Positions 1 to 9,365 of a DNA stretch of 64,000 nucleotides are shown here, piece after piece. This stretch comes from Chloroflexota bacterium. GTDB taxonomy: Bacteria; Chloroflexota; Dehalococcoidia; Lucifugimonadales; UBA3495. The stretch lies in contig JADFPD010000001.1 of the NCBI GenBank assembly GCA_022562475.1, positions 15,172 through 79,171 of the forward strand. The letters are read 5' to 3'. Each line of letters starts with the position of its first letter. Positions within the stretch are counted from its first letter, which is position 1. Made by a program: the position numbers and the translations under genes. Under the pieces are notes generated by a model, which was not told the origin of the DNA, did no database searches, and saw only the letters and a list, made by a program, of their open reading frames with translations.

Positions 1-286
1 AGGTGGCAATGCCGGCCATGATAACTTTGCGCGCGCCGTAGCGGTCGGTGCAATAACCGCTCAGAGGGGCCAGCACGGCCCCGACGATGCTGGCCATGGC
101 GTAGGCCAGGGTGACCGTTGCCGGGCTCCATCCCCTGGTTTCTTCCAGGGGCACGATGAGCACGCCGAATGCCTGCCGGATGGACCCGCCGGCCATGTGC
201 ATGACGGCCGCGATGGCGATGACCACCCAGGCGTAGTGAACGGGGCTCGAAAGGCCAAAGGCGCCTTTATTCTTGGGTCTTATCAT
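1..286 (-). CDS. MFS transporter, N-terminal fragment (gene continues beyond window start)
   Basis: Absent from the ORF track because it runs off the edge. Reverse translation from ATG at 284-286 gives MIRPKNKGAFGLSSPVHYAWVVIAIAAVMHMAGGSIRQAFGVLIVPLEETRGWSPATVTLAYAMASIVGAVLAPLSGYCTDRYGARKV. This parallels the N-terminus of the MFS protein at 29756-31120. Confidence 0.75.
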   Translation of the reverse strand, partial: MIRPKNKGAFGLSSPVHYAWVVIAIAAVMHMAGGSIRQAFGVLIVPLEETRGWSPATVTLAYAMASIVGAVLAPLSGYCTDRYGARKVIMAGIAT

Positions 287-455
287 GGGCAAAACTCATT
301 CTGCGCCTAGGGCGTACCCGTGTCAATTGATAAACCTACTATTTCAATATTCAACTTTCAGATACGAGCTATGCCTATCCGGGGCCGATGCCGCTCCGGG
401 TATAATCTCCTGAAGAAACAGACTCGGCGAACGCCGACGGCCTTGGAGGTTTTTC

Positions 456-920
456 ATGGCAGCGGAACAGAAGCTGAAGGAGATGGGCCTGGAACTGGGG
501 CCGGTGGGCACCCCGGTGGCGAACTACGTCCCGGCGGTGCGCACCGGAAACCTGCTTTACGTAGCCGGACACATCGCCGGCAAGCCTGACGGGTCGGTGC
601 TGAACCCCGGAAAGGTGGGCCGCGACGTGACCGAAGAGCAGGCCTACGAGTCAGCCAAACTGGCCATGCTCAACTGCTTGGCGTCCATCAAAGGAGCGTT
701 GGGGGACCTGGACAAGGTCAAGCGGGTGGTGAAGCTGCTGGTGATGGTCAACGCCGACCCCGAGTTCGACCGCCATTTCGTGGTGGCCAATGGCGCATCC
801 GACCTGCTGGTGGAACTCTACGGAGACCAGGGCCGGCACGCCCGCTCCGCCGTGGGCATGAGCGGCCTCCCCCGCAAGAGCTGCGTCGAGATTGAGATGA
901 TTCTGGAAGTCGAGGAGTAA
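456..920 (+). CDS. RidA/YjgF/endoribonuclease L-PSP family protein
   Basis: 154 aa with the typical RidA-family layout (LLYVAGHIA..., C-terminal SCVEIEMILEV). GGAGG at 445-449 precedes the ATG. Confidence 0.9.
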   Translation: MAAEQKLKEMGLELGPVGTPVANYVPAVRTGNLLYVAGHIAGKPDGSVLNPGKVGRDVTEEQAYESAKLAMLNCLASIKGALGDLDKVKRVVKLLVMVNADPEFDRHFVVANGASDLLVELYGDQGRHARSAVGMSGLPRKSCVEIEMILEVEE

Positions 921-967
921 TGACTCTACAAGTGCTGCGGCGGGTATACACGCCATTCAGGCAAAAG

Positions 968-1006
968 AAAATACCGCTCCAAACGAGAGATAGAGGGCGG
1001 TATTTT
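968..1006. terminator. A-tract/stem/T-tract hairpin, probable bidirectional terminator
   Basis: AAAATACCGC (968-977) pairs perfectly with GCGGTATTTT (997-1006). It lies between the convergent RidA gene (+) and the small ORF at 1089-1355 (-). Confidence 0.5.
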
Positions 1007-1088
1007 CTACGCCAAATGAAGATTTAATTCCCGAGATACCGAGGACGCCGTTCAAATTTTGTCTTAAAGGCCGACCTGCCTATTAGAA

Positions 1089-1355
1089 CTAACCTTGTCG
1101 ATAGATGTTTCCGTCGTCATCAATCAACAGATGGCGCGTTTGCGTACCCGCAGGGGCGGTCGGAAGATCTGAAATCTTCAAACCATCGGACAGTGAAATT
1201 ACTAATAGCCTTCCTCTGCCGTCCGTCCTGCGGCTATCAATGTTATTCACATTATCGTAGGCGCCGACCCTCATATATTCGCCGGAACCGGAATCCTCTA
1301 TGTAATAAATTACCTTGGGTGCGCCATTGTCGTTGTTATGTTCTACTCTAGACAT
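1089..1355 (-). CDS. hypothetical small protein (88 aa) in an AT-rich island
   Basis: The internal ATG (MSRVEHNNDNG...) is preceded by GGAGGAGAAAAAG, a strong RBS. I recognise no family. The local composition is clearly AT-richer than the flanks. Confidence 0.45.
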   Translation of the reverse strand: MSRVEHNNDNGAPKVIYYIEDSGSGEYMRVGAYDNVNNIDSRRTDGRGRLLVISLSDGLKISDLPTAPAGTQTRHLLIDDDGNIYRQG

Positions 1356-1713
1356 CTTTTTCTCCTCCAATCATGGTTTGATTATTGGCTAAATAGAGGA
1401 ATTTCACTCCCTCGGGCAATGGTCCATTTTGACTGTGGTTATCTCCCTCGGCGATTCCCGATAGGCAACGTCGGTGAGGTAGATTACCAGAAACCAGTTT
1501 AAGTGTCCAATTTGTGTAGGATTCAAAACACAAACCTGCACAAACCGTTAAGAGGTAATCGATAGCGGTATCTGTAGACCCAAGAGCCCGATCAGTCCGC
1601 CCGAGACTCGGAGATCGTGATGTCTTGGTAAGCGAAGGCCCAGGTCCAAAATCCAAGCTAGGCCGCTATTTCTTGGACCGAGTAAGCGGACGGGCACTTG
1701 AGTTGGAGCCTCG

Positions 1714-3486
1714 CTATGCCTCATGCTGGCGGTAGCGGTTCACTATCGGCAGGCGGCGGTCTTTGCCGAAGGCGCGGTGGGTGATCTTGACGCCAGGCGG
1801 GGCCTGGCGGCGTTTGTATTCATTCCGGTCCACTGCGGCGATCACTTGCCGGACCACCTGGGGGTCGAAGCCCTGGGCCACCATGTCCTGGTAACTCAGG
1901 TCATCCTCCACGTAGGCCTCCACCACCGGGTCCAACACCTCGTAGGGCGGCAGGCTATCGGCGTCCAGTTGGTCTTCCCGCAGTTCGGCGCTGGGCGGTT
2001 TGTCGAGGATGGCCGCGGGAATCACATCATCCATCGTCCCAAAATCCCCGCCGTGCCGGTTGCGCCACCGGCATAGCTCGTAGACTGTGGTCTTGGGCAC
2101 GTCCTTTAGCACCGCGAAGCCGCCGGCCATGTCTCCGTATAGCGTGGCGTAGCCCATCGCCATCTCTGACTTATTGCCCGTGGTAAGCACGATCCAGCCG
2201 AATTTATTGGACACCGTCATCAGCACATTGCCCCGCACCCGTGCTTGAACGTTCTCCTCGGCTACGTTGGCCTCAGTGCCTTTGAACCGCTCTTCCAGCA
2301 TCTCGGTGAAGGCCCGGTGGGCCGGCTCGATGGGCACCTCCCACAGGTCCAGGCCCAGGTTCTCGGCCAACTTCTTTGAATCGCTGACGCTGCCCTCGGA
2401 CGAATAGCGGGAGGGCATGGTGATACCCACCACGTTCTCCTTGCCCAAGGCGTCCACGGCGACCGTGGCCGTTAGCGCCGAGTCCACTCCGCCCGACAGG
2501 CCGATCAGCGACTTGGTGAACCCCGACTTCCGGAGGTAGTCGCCGGTGCCCATGACCAAGGCCCGGTAGACCTCTTCGGGCCCATTCATGCCGTCTAAGA
2601 TGGGCTGAGCTTTTAGTGGGCTCTTGCTGGCAGCGCTTGCCTCGGAAACGGACATTGTTTTGGGCGCGCCCACAGCCTCGCCGGCGTTCGCCGGGCTTCG
2701 TTTCGGTCTGGCCGCAGTCTCCGGGAAGCTCAAGTCCTTTAGCAAAAGCGATTCTTGGAATGCGGGCCCTCGGGCGATCAGGCTGCCGCTGGCGTCACAG
2801 ACGATGCTGGCGCCGTCAAAGACCAGTTCGTCCTGTCCACCTACCGTGTTCACATAGGCCACGGCAACGGCGTTCTCCGAGGCGCGCTGGGCGATCATGT
2901 CTTCCCGGAAGGCCCGTTTGCCCGCGTGGAAGGGCGATGCGTTTATGTTGACGATCAACTCGGCTCCGGCTTGGCATTGGACCGAGGTTGGCCCCACCGG
3001 GTACCAGATGTCCTCGCAGATATTGACGCCGACGGCCACTCCGCCGATGCGGTAGACCGGGCACTCCGAGCCCTTCTGGAAGTAACGTTGTTCGTCGAAC
3101 ACGCCGTAGTTGGGCAGGAATATCTTGTGGTAGGTGTCAACCAACTTGCCGCCATAGCACAGCGCGGCGGCGTTGGTGACCCGCGGCCCAACCTCTTCCG
3201 ATTGCCGCTCCAATGAAAGTATGTGCACGTAGCCCAAGACAACGGCGATGCCCTTGGACGCCGCGGCCACCTTTTCCATGGCGGCCACGTTATCGGTCAG
3301 GAAGGATTTCTTGAAGAGGAGGTCTTCCGGAGGGTAACCGGTGGTGGCCATCTCGGGGAAGGCAATGAGGTCGGCCTGAGCCTCCCTGGCGCGTTCCAGG
3401 TAGTCCAGAATCTTGGCGGTATTCCCGGTGATGTCCCCTACCGTTGGGTTGATCTGGGCCAAGGCCAGGCGGAAGGTCCGTGCCAT
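1714..3486 (-). CDS. nadE: glutamine-dependent NAD+ synthetase
   Basis: N-terminal CN-hydrolase domain (FRLALAQINPTVGD, NICEDIWYP) plus a C-terminal NAD synthetase domain with the SGGVDSAL PP-loop. The start is set at MARTFRLALAQ rather than the longer track ORF. Confidence 0.93.
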   Translation of the reverse strand: MARTFRLALAQINPTVGDITGNTAKILDYLERAREAQADLIAFPEMATTGYPPEDLLFKKSFLTDNVAAMEKVAAASKGIAVVLGYVHILSLERQSEEVGPRVTNAAALCYGGKLVDTYHKIFLPNYGVFDEQRYFQKGSECPVYRIGGVAVGVNICEDIWYPVGPTSVQCQAGAELIVNINASPFHAGKRAFREDMIAQRASENAVAVAYVNTVGGQDELVFDGASIVCDASGSLIARGPAFQESLLLKDLSFPETAARPKRSPANAGEAVGAPKTMSVSEASAASKSPLKAQPILDGMNGPEEVYRALVMGTGDYLRKSGFTKSLIGLSGGVDSALTATVAVDALGKENVVGITMPSRYSSEGSVSDSKKLAENLGLDLWEVPIEPAHRAFTEMLEERFKGTEANVAEENVQARVRGNVLMTVSNKFGWIVLTTGNKSEMAMGYATLYGDMAGGFAVLKDVPKTTVYELCRWRNRHGGDFGTMDDVIPAAILDKPPSAELREDQLDADSLPPYEVLDPVVEAYVEDDLSYQDMVAQGFDPQVVRQVIAAVDRNEYKRRQAPPGVKITHRAFGKDRRLPIVNRYRQHEA

Positions 3487-3679
3487 GCATTCCCTCGTGT
3501 GTGCTTTCGCCGAGTATACAGACTTCAGAAATGACATGCCAATCTATCATGGCAAGCAACGATGAGCCTGGCTGCGAGGCCGGTGGTGGACAAGGGCTGC
3601 CTGCCGACGCTAACATTCGGACGTGAATCAGCGCGGGCGTGAAGCCCGGCGGCCCCAGACCTTATTAAGGAGAATCCCC

Positions 3680-4075
3680 ATGGAATACGCCATCAACCAC
3701 GTTCACATCAGGGCTGCGGACCCAAGGGCGTCGGCTTCCTGGTATGAGAAGATCTTCAACGCCAAGATAGTTTCGGAGCGCGAGGTCATGCCGGGCACCA
3801 TCACCATTGGCATGCAGGTCGGCGGCCCGACGCGGCTGAACATCTCTTCCCAGCCGGAGGGGTCGTCCCCCAAAAGGGCCTCCGCCGAACTCCACCAACT
3901 GGGACTGGAGCACTTCGGCTTCCACGTGGAAGACCTGGAAGCGGAGATGACCCGCCTGGAAGCCGAGGGCATCCGAGTGGTCCTGCCCCTCACCGTTACT
4001 CCCCAGGGGATCAAACTGGCCTATATCGAGGGCCCGGACGACGTGCTGATCGAGTTGGTGCAGGCCGCCGCCTGA
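3680..4075 (+). CDS. VOC (glyoxalase/bleomycin resistance/dioxygenase) family protein
   Basis: MEYAINHVHIRAADPRASASWYEKIF...LEHFGFHVEDLEAE is a typical VOC fold. AAGGAG lies upstream of the ATG at 3680. Confidence 0.85.
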   Translation: MEYAINHVHIRAADPRASASWYEKIFNAKIVSEREVMPGTITIGMQVGGPTRLNISSQPEGSSPKRASAELHQLGLEHFGFHVEDLEAEMTRLEAEGIRVVLPLTVTPQGIKLAYIEGPDDVLIELVQAAA

Positions 4076-4133
4076 ATCCTAGCGTAGATAGAAATTGTTT
4101 ACTTGGCCTTATTGCTCGGATGGAAGGTTTTAG

Positions 4134-5804
4134 ATGTCTCAAAAGATGACCGGAAAACAGGCGATATTGGAGATGCTGAAGGCTGAGGGCGTGAAGCATA
4201 TCTTCGGCAACCCCGGGACCAGCGAAGCGCCCCTCATCGACATGCTGGGCGACTACCCAGAACTCCAGTATTTCCTGACCTTGCAGGAGAGCGTCGCCAT
4301 GGGCATGGGCGAGTCCTATGCCAGGGCCACGGAGAAACCGTCCTTCGTCAGCCTCCACGTGGACAGCGGGCTGGCCAACGGCATCGCCTTGATGCTGGAC
4401 GCGCTGAATACCGGGACCCCAATGGTCATCACATCGGCCAACTACGACGCCCGCAAGATCAACGAAACCAAGACCGATCTGGCCGAGTTGGTGCGTCCGG
4501 TTACCAAATGGTCGGTGGAGTTGAACCTTCCGGACCAGATACCGTCCGTCATGCGCCGCGCGTTCCACGAGGCCAATAGCCACCCCAAGGGCCCGGTCTA
4601 CGTGGGCTTCACCGCCAATGCCCTTGAGGGCGAAGCGGAGATGAACATCGTGCCCTCCAGCAAGATCCACGACGCCTACCGTCCCGACCCCAAGGGCATC
4701 GAAGAAGCGGTGTCCCTGATCATGGCCGCCAAGCGCCCGATGATGATGGTAGGAGACCGGGTATCCGAGGACCATGCCAACGACGTGGCCGTGGAACTGG
4801 CGGAACTGATGGGATTCCCGGTCCACCAGTCCCGGGGCGCCGAGGTGTCGTTTCCCACGACCCATCCCCAATTCTTCGGCAACCACAGCCTCCGCGTCGC
4901 CAGCAACCGCGAGGCGCTCAAAGAGACCGACCTGGTCTTGGCCATCGGCATGGACGCCATGGACGAGCTGTTCTACTGGGGCGACATCATCTTGGGAGAG
5001 AACACCAAGTTGGTCCACATCGACCCGATACCGGGCCGGGTTGGAAGGTCGGAACCCACGGACGTCGGCATCGTTTCCCACTGCGCGCTGGCCATCGAGG
5101 AACTGATACGCTCGATCAAACCCCTCCTCACGCCTGCTCTAAAGAACGAGATCGATGGACGGAAAATCGAAGTCGTGGCGGCGGCGGCAGAGAAACGGAA
5201 GGCCTTTGACGACTCGGTGGCCGCCAAATGGGACAACAAGCCGATGATTCCGGCGCGGATGATGTCGGAGTTGGCCAAAGCCATCCCAGCCAACGCGATC
5301 GTGGTGGACGACTCCGTCAGCAACCGGGCCACCTTGCGCCATTATTTCCATGCCCAGAAGCGGGGAGACCTCCGGGCGTTCCGAGGCCAGTCCATCGGCG
5401 GTGGCATCGGCGCCACCATGGGCACCCAAGTCGCCAATCCAGACCGGCCGGTGTTCGGGATCATCGGCGACGGCAGCGCCCTGATGACCATCCAGGGCCT
5501 GTGGACGGCGGCCAACGACAACATCCCCTGCATCTTCGTCATCTGCAACAACGGCATGTACCGGGTCTTGAAGGTGAACTTTGACGTTTATCAGCGGGAG
5601 ATACTCCAGCAGAAGGAATCGTCCGGTGAGAACCTCCCCTACTCAGATTTCCCAACGCCCTTCGACGTCGCGGGCATGGCCACGAGCATGGGCGTTCACG
5701 GTGAGCGGATCACCGACCCGGCCGAGATAGCCCCGGCGGTGCAGCGGGCGCTTGCCTCGGGCAAGCCGGCCCTACTGGATATTGTCATCGACGGCTCCCT
5801 CTAG
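4134..5804 (+). CDS. thiamine pyrophosphate-dependent enzyme (acetolactate synthase / benzoylformate decarboxylase-like)
   Basis: 556 aa. The N-terminal TPP-pyrimidine domain reads AILEMLKAEGVKHIFGNPGTSE. The C-terminal TPP-binding motif reads GIIGDGSALMTIQGLWTAANDNIPCIFVICNNG. Confidence 0.9.
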   Translation: MSQKMTGKQAILEMLKAEGVKHIFGNPGTSEAPLIDMLGDYPELQYFLTLQESVAMGMGESYARATEKPSFVSLHVDSGLANGIALMLDALNTGTPMVITSANYDARKINETKTDLAELVRPVTKWSVELNLPDQIPSVMRRAFHEANSHPKGPVYVGFTANALEGEAEMNIVPSSKIHDAYRPDPKGIEEAVSLIMAAKRPMMMVGDRVSEDHANDVAVELAELMGFPVHQSRGAEVSFPTTHPQFFGNHSLRVASNREALKETDLVLAIGMDAMDELFYWGDIILGENTKLVHIDPIPGRVGRSEPTDVGIVSHCALAIEELIRSIKPLLTPALKNEIDGRKIEVVAAAAEKRKAFDDSVAAKWDNKPMIPARMMSELAKAIPANAIVVDDSVSNRATLRHYFHAQKRGDLRAFRGQSIGGGIGATMGTQVANPDRPVFGIIGDGSALMTIQGLWTAANDNIPCIFVICNNGMYRVLKVNFDVYQREILQQKESSGENLPYSDFPTPFDVAGMATSMGVHGERITDPAEIAPAVQRALASGKPALLDIVIDGSL

Positions 5805-5838
5805 AGTCCCTCTTGCGTCACAGAAACATGGAGGCACG

Positions 5839-6324
5839 TTGGATATTTTCGAGACCATAGTCGCCAAGGCGGCCGGGCTCACCGCCGGTAGTCCGCTGAC
5901 CGCTGTCCTAAACCTTCGCAGTGAAATCCTGGAACTGACGGAGAATTCCCATGAGGCGTCTCTTAGGCCCAACCAGCCGGGCGGCCTGAAGCGCTCCGAA
6001 CGGGCCGGCCTGGCCTGCCGGATCGCCAAGCGAAACAACGATCCGGTACTGGCGAAGCATTACGAAAGCATGTTCGGAGTGGGCAGCCAGGCCATCGCCG
6101 ACACCGGGTTTGACGGCGGCGATGACGCCCGGTTGAAGGCCATCATCCGGCACACGGACCTGGTGACACTCAACCCCAAAGAAGCGACGGCAAGCGATAT
6201 CACTGAATTGCTCTCAGCGGGGCTCGACGACGCGGATATCGTCCGGCTCTCGGAGCTCATCGCTTTCATCAGCTACCAAGTCCGGGTGATTGCCGGCCTG
6301 AGGCTGATGGCGGAGGTTGCATGA
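5839..6324 (+). CDS. CMD domain protein, Avi_7170-like (partner of the next gene)
   Basis: Carboxymuconolactone-decarboxylase-like helical protein without a CxxC motif. TTG start at 5839 with GGAGG at 5830-5834. Its stop overlaps the next gene's start (ATGA at 6321-6324). Confidence 0.7.
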   Translation: MDIFETIVAKAAGLTAGSPLTAVLNLRSEILELTENSHEASLRPNQPGGLKRSERAGLACRIAKRNNDPVLAKHYESMFGVGSQAIADTGFDGGDDARLKAIIRHTDLVTLNPKEATASDITELLSAGLDDADIVRLSELIAFISYQVRVIAGLRLMAEVA

Positions 6325-6911
6325 GTGAGCCGATCAAATATTTCACCACAACTGTTCCCTTCTGGCAGCCCCGGGTGACCCCGGTTGAACTGGAAAACGC
6401 CACGGAGGAGCAACTGGAGGCGATGAAAGTAACGGTCTCCAACACCAAGATCGGGGAATATACATTGGTCCTGGCGCTGGACCCGGAGACGCTGAAGCAA
6501 CGCACGCCCCTCTTCAACGGGATCATGTACAGCCGGGGCGGGCTGTCCCGGGCCGAGACCGAGTTGGGCGCGGTGGCGGCTTCGGTGGTCAACAGATGCA
6601 TCTATTGCGCCGCCGTCCATGCCAACCGGTACAACGAGTTGACCAAAGACGAGACCGTCATGGACAGCATCTTCGCGTCGAGTGAAAACACTGGCGAAGA
6701 CTCGGGCATCGATCCCCGCCAAATGGCGCTATTGGATTTTGCCACCAAGTTGTCAAAATGCCCGTCCGAGGCGACCAAAGCGGACGTGGAGCGGCTGATG
6801 GAGAATGGGCTCGGCGTGGGCGAGGTCCTGGACCTGGTGCTGTCGGCGTCGTTATTCGGCTGGGCCAACCGGTTGATGCATGTATTGGGAGACCCCCTGC
6901 CCCAGGACTAG
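6321..6911 (+). CDS. alkylhydroperoxidase (AhpD-like) domain protein, Avi_7169-like
   Basis: 196 aa with the AhpD-type motif NRCIYCAAVH. It is translationally coupled to the upstream CMD-domain gene. Confidence 0.78.
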   Translation: MSEPIKYFTTTVPFWQPRVTPVELENATEEQLEAMKVTVSNTKIGEYTLVLALDPETLKQRTPLFNGIMYSRGGLSRAETELGAVAASVVNRCIYCAAVHANRYNELTKDETVMDSIFASSENTGEDSGIDPRQMALLDFATKLSKCPSEATKADVERLMENGLGVGEVLDLVLSASLFGWANRLMHVLGDPLPQD

Positions 6912-7017
6912 GTCCGCCCGATATGGTTCTTACTCTTATCGCCGCAGGCGGCCCGGCCATTCCACTCTACCCAACCGGCTTGAATCGCCTCGTCCGACGA
7001 AATCGGAGTGAACTCGA

Positions 7018-8358
7018 TTGAACTTCGCGGGGCTGCGCGCCCGGTTGGCTCGGCGTTTGCCGTTCTACTACGGCTGGGTGATATTGGCCGCCGCCTCCGT
7101 GCCCAGTTTTGGGGCGCGGCCGGTGATGGCGGTCGCCACCCTTTCGGTCTTCGTGGTCCCCATGACCGACGAGTTCGGTTGGTCCCGGGGTCAGTTCTCC
7201 GGCGCCGTTAGCTTGGGCGCCCTATTCGGGCTCATCGTCTCACCCTTCGCCGGGAGATTGGTGGATCGGTACGGCTCCGGTGTGCTGCTTTCGGCCTCAT
7301 CGGCCGTGGTGGGGCTGTGCGCCATCGGGCTGGCTCTAACCTCGCCGATCTGGTCTTTCTACGCTCTGTACGTCCCAGGCCGGGCGGTGTTCTCCAGTCC
7401 CCTGGAGTTGGGCACCTCAACCGCGGTCAGCAACTGGTTCATCCGCCGCCGGCCCATGGGACTGGCCTATATGGGAATCATCCAAGGCATCGGACTAACC
7501 ATATTCCCTGTCATCGCCCAGGTGTTGATCGACGGCTGGGGTTGGCGGACGGCGTGGCTGGCCGTAGGAATCTTCACCCTGAGCACCGGCATCATCCCGG
7601 TGCTGCTGCTGATGGCGCGGCGGCCCGAGGATATGGGACTGGAACCCGACCCGGAGAAGGACCGCCGGTCCGGACCTGACAGCGATGCCCCAACAGCCAA
7701 ACGGCCGGCCCCATCTACCTACACCGAATCCAACTACACCGTGCGGCAGGCATTGGCGACCAGGGCCTTCTGGATGCTGGCCCTGTTCTCGGTATTCGGT
7801 TTCGTGGTCCAATCTGGGGTTAGCCTGCACCAAGTGCCCCATTACATCGACCAGGGTGTGCCCACTCACTTGGCGGTATTGACGGCCAGCACCTTCGCCT
7901 TTGGACAGGTGCCCGGCGGGCTGTTCTGGTCGGTCTTGGCCCGGCGTGTCCCGCTTCGAGTCCTATTATCGGCGGCGGCGGTCACCATGTCCGTGGGAGC
8001 CATCGGCACCGGGTTTAGCACTTCACTCTCCCTGGGAATTCCCATGGCTTTCCTGCTTGGGGCTGGCGTTGGCGGGATACATCTGCTGCTGCGGCTAACC
8101 TGGGCCGATTACTACGGCAGGCTGCACCTGGGGACCATCCGGGGACTGACCCTGCCCGCGCAGATCGGCGGACAGGCGCTGGGGCCGATCATCGCGGGGT
8201 TCATGTTCGACTCAACCGGCGGCTACGAGACGCCGTTCACCATCTTCGGGATCCTCGTGGCCTTCGCTGCGGTGATAGTCCTGACCGCCACCCCGCCTGG
8301 TCCTCTGCCGGAGGGCAGCGCCTCGTTGCAGCCTGCGGTTGAGCCGGTCGGGGACTAG
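7018..8358 (+). CDS. MFS transporter
   Basis: 446 aa and multi-TM. It has the MFS signature GRLVDRYGSG after TM2 and a central hydrophilic loop. It uses a TTG start. Confidence 0.85.
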   Translation: MNFAGLRARLARRLPFYYGWVILAAASVPSFGARPVMAVATLSVFVVPMTDEFGWSRGQFSGAVSLGALFGLIVSPFAGRLVDRYGSGVLLSASSAVVGLCAIGLALTSPIWSFYALYVPGRAVFSSPLELGTSTAVSNWFIRRRPMGLAYMGIIQGIGLTIFPVIAQVLIDGWGWRTAWLAVGIFTLSTGIIPVLLLMARRPEDMGLEPDPEKDRRSGPDSDAPTAKRPAPSTYTESNYTVRQALATRAFWMLALFSVFGFVVQSGVSLHQVPHYIDQGVPTHLAVLTASTFAFGQVPGGLFWSVLARRVPLRVLLSAAAVTMSVGAIGTGFSTSLSLGIPMAFLLGAGVGGIHLLLRLTWADYYGRLHLGTIRGLTLPAQIGGQALGPIIAGFMFDSTGGYETPFTIFGILVAFAAVIVLTATPPGPLPEGSASLQPAVEPVGD

Positions 8359-8404
8359 CTTGGAAATGGGACGAAAGTATTAACGGAACCTGGTTACCGA
8401 AAGT

Positions 8405-8497
8405 TTGGGGCGCCGCTCATATTTCACTCTGAGCGTAGCGATGGGTCTGCCAACTTGCTGATCGGAAGATTCTTCGGCTAACGCCTCAGAATGACAG
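8405..8497 (-). repeat. imperfect inverted-repeat intergenic element (REP/MITE-like), copy 1
   Basis: Read on the minus strand: CTGTCATTCTGAGGCGTTAGCCGAAGAATCTTC ... CCCATCGCTACGCTCAGAGTGAAAT. The two arms are mutually complementary and resemble the element at 54958-55055. Confidence 0.5.
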
Positions 8498-8566
8498 CTT
8501 GGAGTCGATGTCGAAGGGTATTTGACCACCTCATAAGGGCATCCCGATCCCATCGGGACCATTCCC

Positions 8567-9247
8567 CTACGCCGTCTTGGATTTGCGGCTGGACACGACA
8601 TACATGGGGTCGTCGGGCGGGCTGGTTTCGGCGTTTATGAAGGTGGCTTGGATGTCCTCGAAGTTCTCCGCGGACTCCATGTAGCTCCCCACCAAGTCGA
8701 TCCGGCCCCGGTCGGTGGAGTTGCGCCAGACCAGCACGGCCTTGGTGGGGAACATCCGGTTGGAGAAACTGACGATGAACACGCCTCCCGGCCTCAATAT
8801 CCGGTTCACGTGGTGGAACGTATCAACGGGCTTGGTCAGATACTGGGCTGAGACAGTGATGACAACAGCATCGAATGTCTCGTTCTCAAAGGGCAGTATG
8901 GGATTGATGTTCACGTTATGAACAACATAACCGTCCAGGTCCGGGTTCTCCCTCATTTCAACATCGTTTAGGCCCAGTCCGACCATCCGTTTCTTGGGGT
9001 GGTCCTGGGGCCAATGGGAGCGCCAACTGCTCATCAAGTCCAAAATTTCGGCGTTCTCGGGTATCTGTTCCTTGAAAAACCGGCCTATGGCGGCGATGGC
9101 CCCATCGTCGATATGCACCACCAGGCGCGGGAACTCATAGAAGACTCCGTCGTCCTCTTCATCCACACGCTGAAAATTCTCGGGCGTGAACCTAGACTCA
9201 GTTATGGGACCTCCCAACGGGCTGATTCGGGCTTGCCCTGGCGGCAT
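8567..9247 (-). CDS. class I SAM-dependent methyltransferase
   Basis: The ILDLMSSW...FDAVVITVSAQYL...RILRPGGVFIVSF motifs fit a type-11 methyltransferase. The start is set at MPPGQARIS (ATG at 9245-9247). Confidence 0.8.
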   Translation of the reverse strand: MPPGQARISPLGGPITESRFTPENFQRVDEEDDGVFYEFPRLVVHIDDGAIAAIGRFFKEQIPENAEILDLMSSWRSHWPQDHPKKRMVGLGLNDVEMRENPDLDGYVVHNVNINPILPFENETFDAVVITVSAQYLTKPVDTFHHVNRILRPGGVFIVSFSNRMFPTKAVLVWRNSTDRGRIDLVGSYMESAENFEDIQATFINAETSPPDDPMYVVSSRKSKTA

Positions 9248-9365
9248 CGGCGAATTGTACCACGGCCAAATTACGCCCAGTGGTGGCGCGGCCTTGCAGG
9301 GATTACAATTCGCCCACCAAACTGGATTTGAAACCACTTATTTATACCAACGAAGGAGCAAAAAC

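Noticed and set aside
61-258. 65-aa ORF at the window start
   Set aside because: It is in the wrong frame of the same strand as the edge-truncated MFS transporter gene (1-286), whose translation is clearly membrane-protein-like.
1511-1534. tRNA-like T-arm (GGATTCAAAAC) in the AT-rich island
   Set aside because: The loop would read TTTGAAT on the other strand and so lacks the conserved C56. I could not build an acceptor stem or anticodon arm around it. It is treated only as a hairpin.
1348-1656. 102-aa ORF upstream of the small orphan gene
   Set aside because: It has no RBS, overlaps the better-supported 1089-1355 gene start, and has a Ser/Thr/Leu/Gly-rich translation with no coding-like pattern.
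4011-5081. 356-aa ORF on the minus strand
   Set aside because: It is fully antisense to the well-supported TPP enzyme gene. The translation is Gly/Arg/His/Val-rich low-complexity typical of the reverse frame of GC-rich coding DNA.
8380-8601. 73-aa ORF (and the 5' extension 54991-55149 of the DapA-family ORF)
   Set aside because: Both are translations of the dispersed inverted-repeat element (CHSEALAEES... / CDSEGSAEES..., ...LRVKYE / ...LRFTQGDN). They are not genes.
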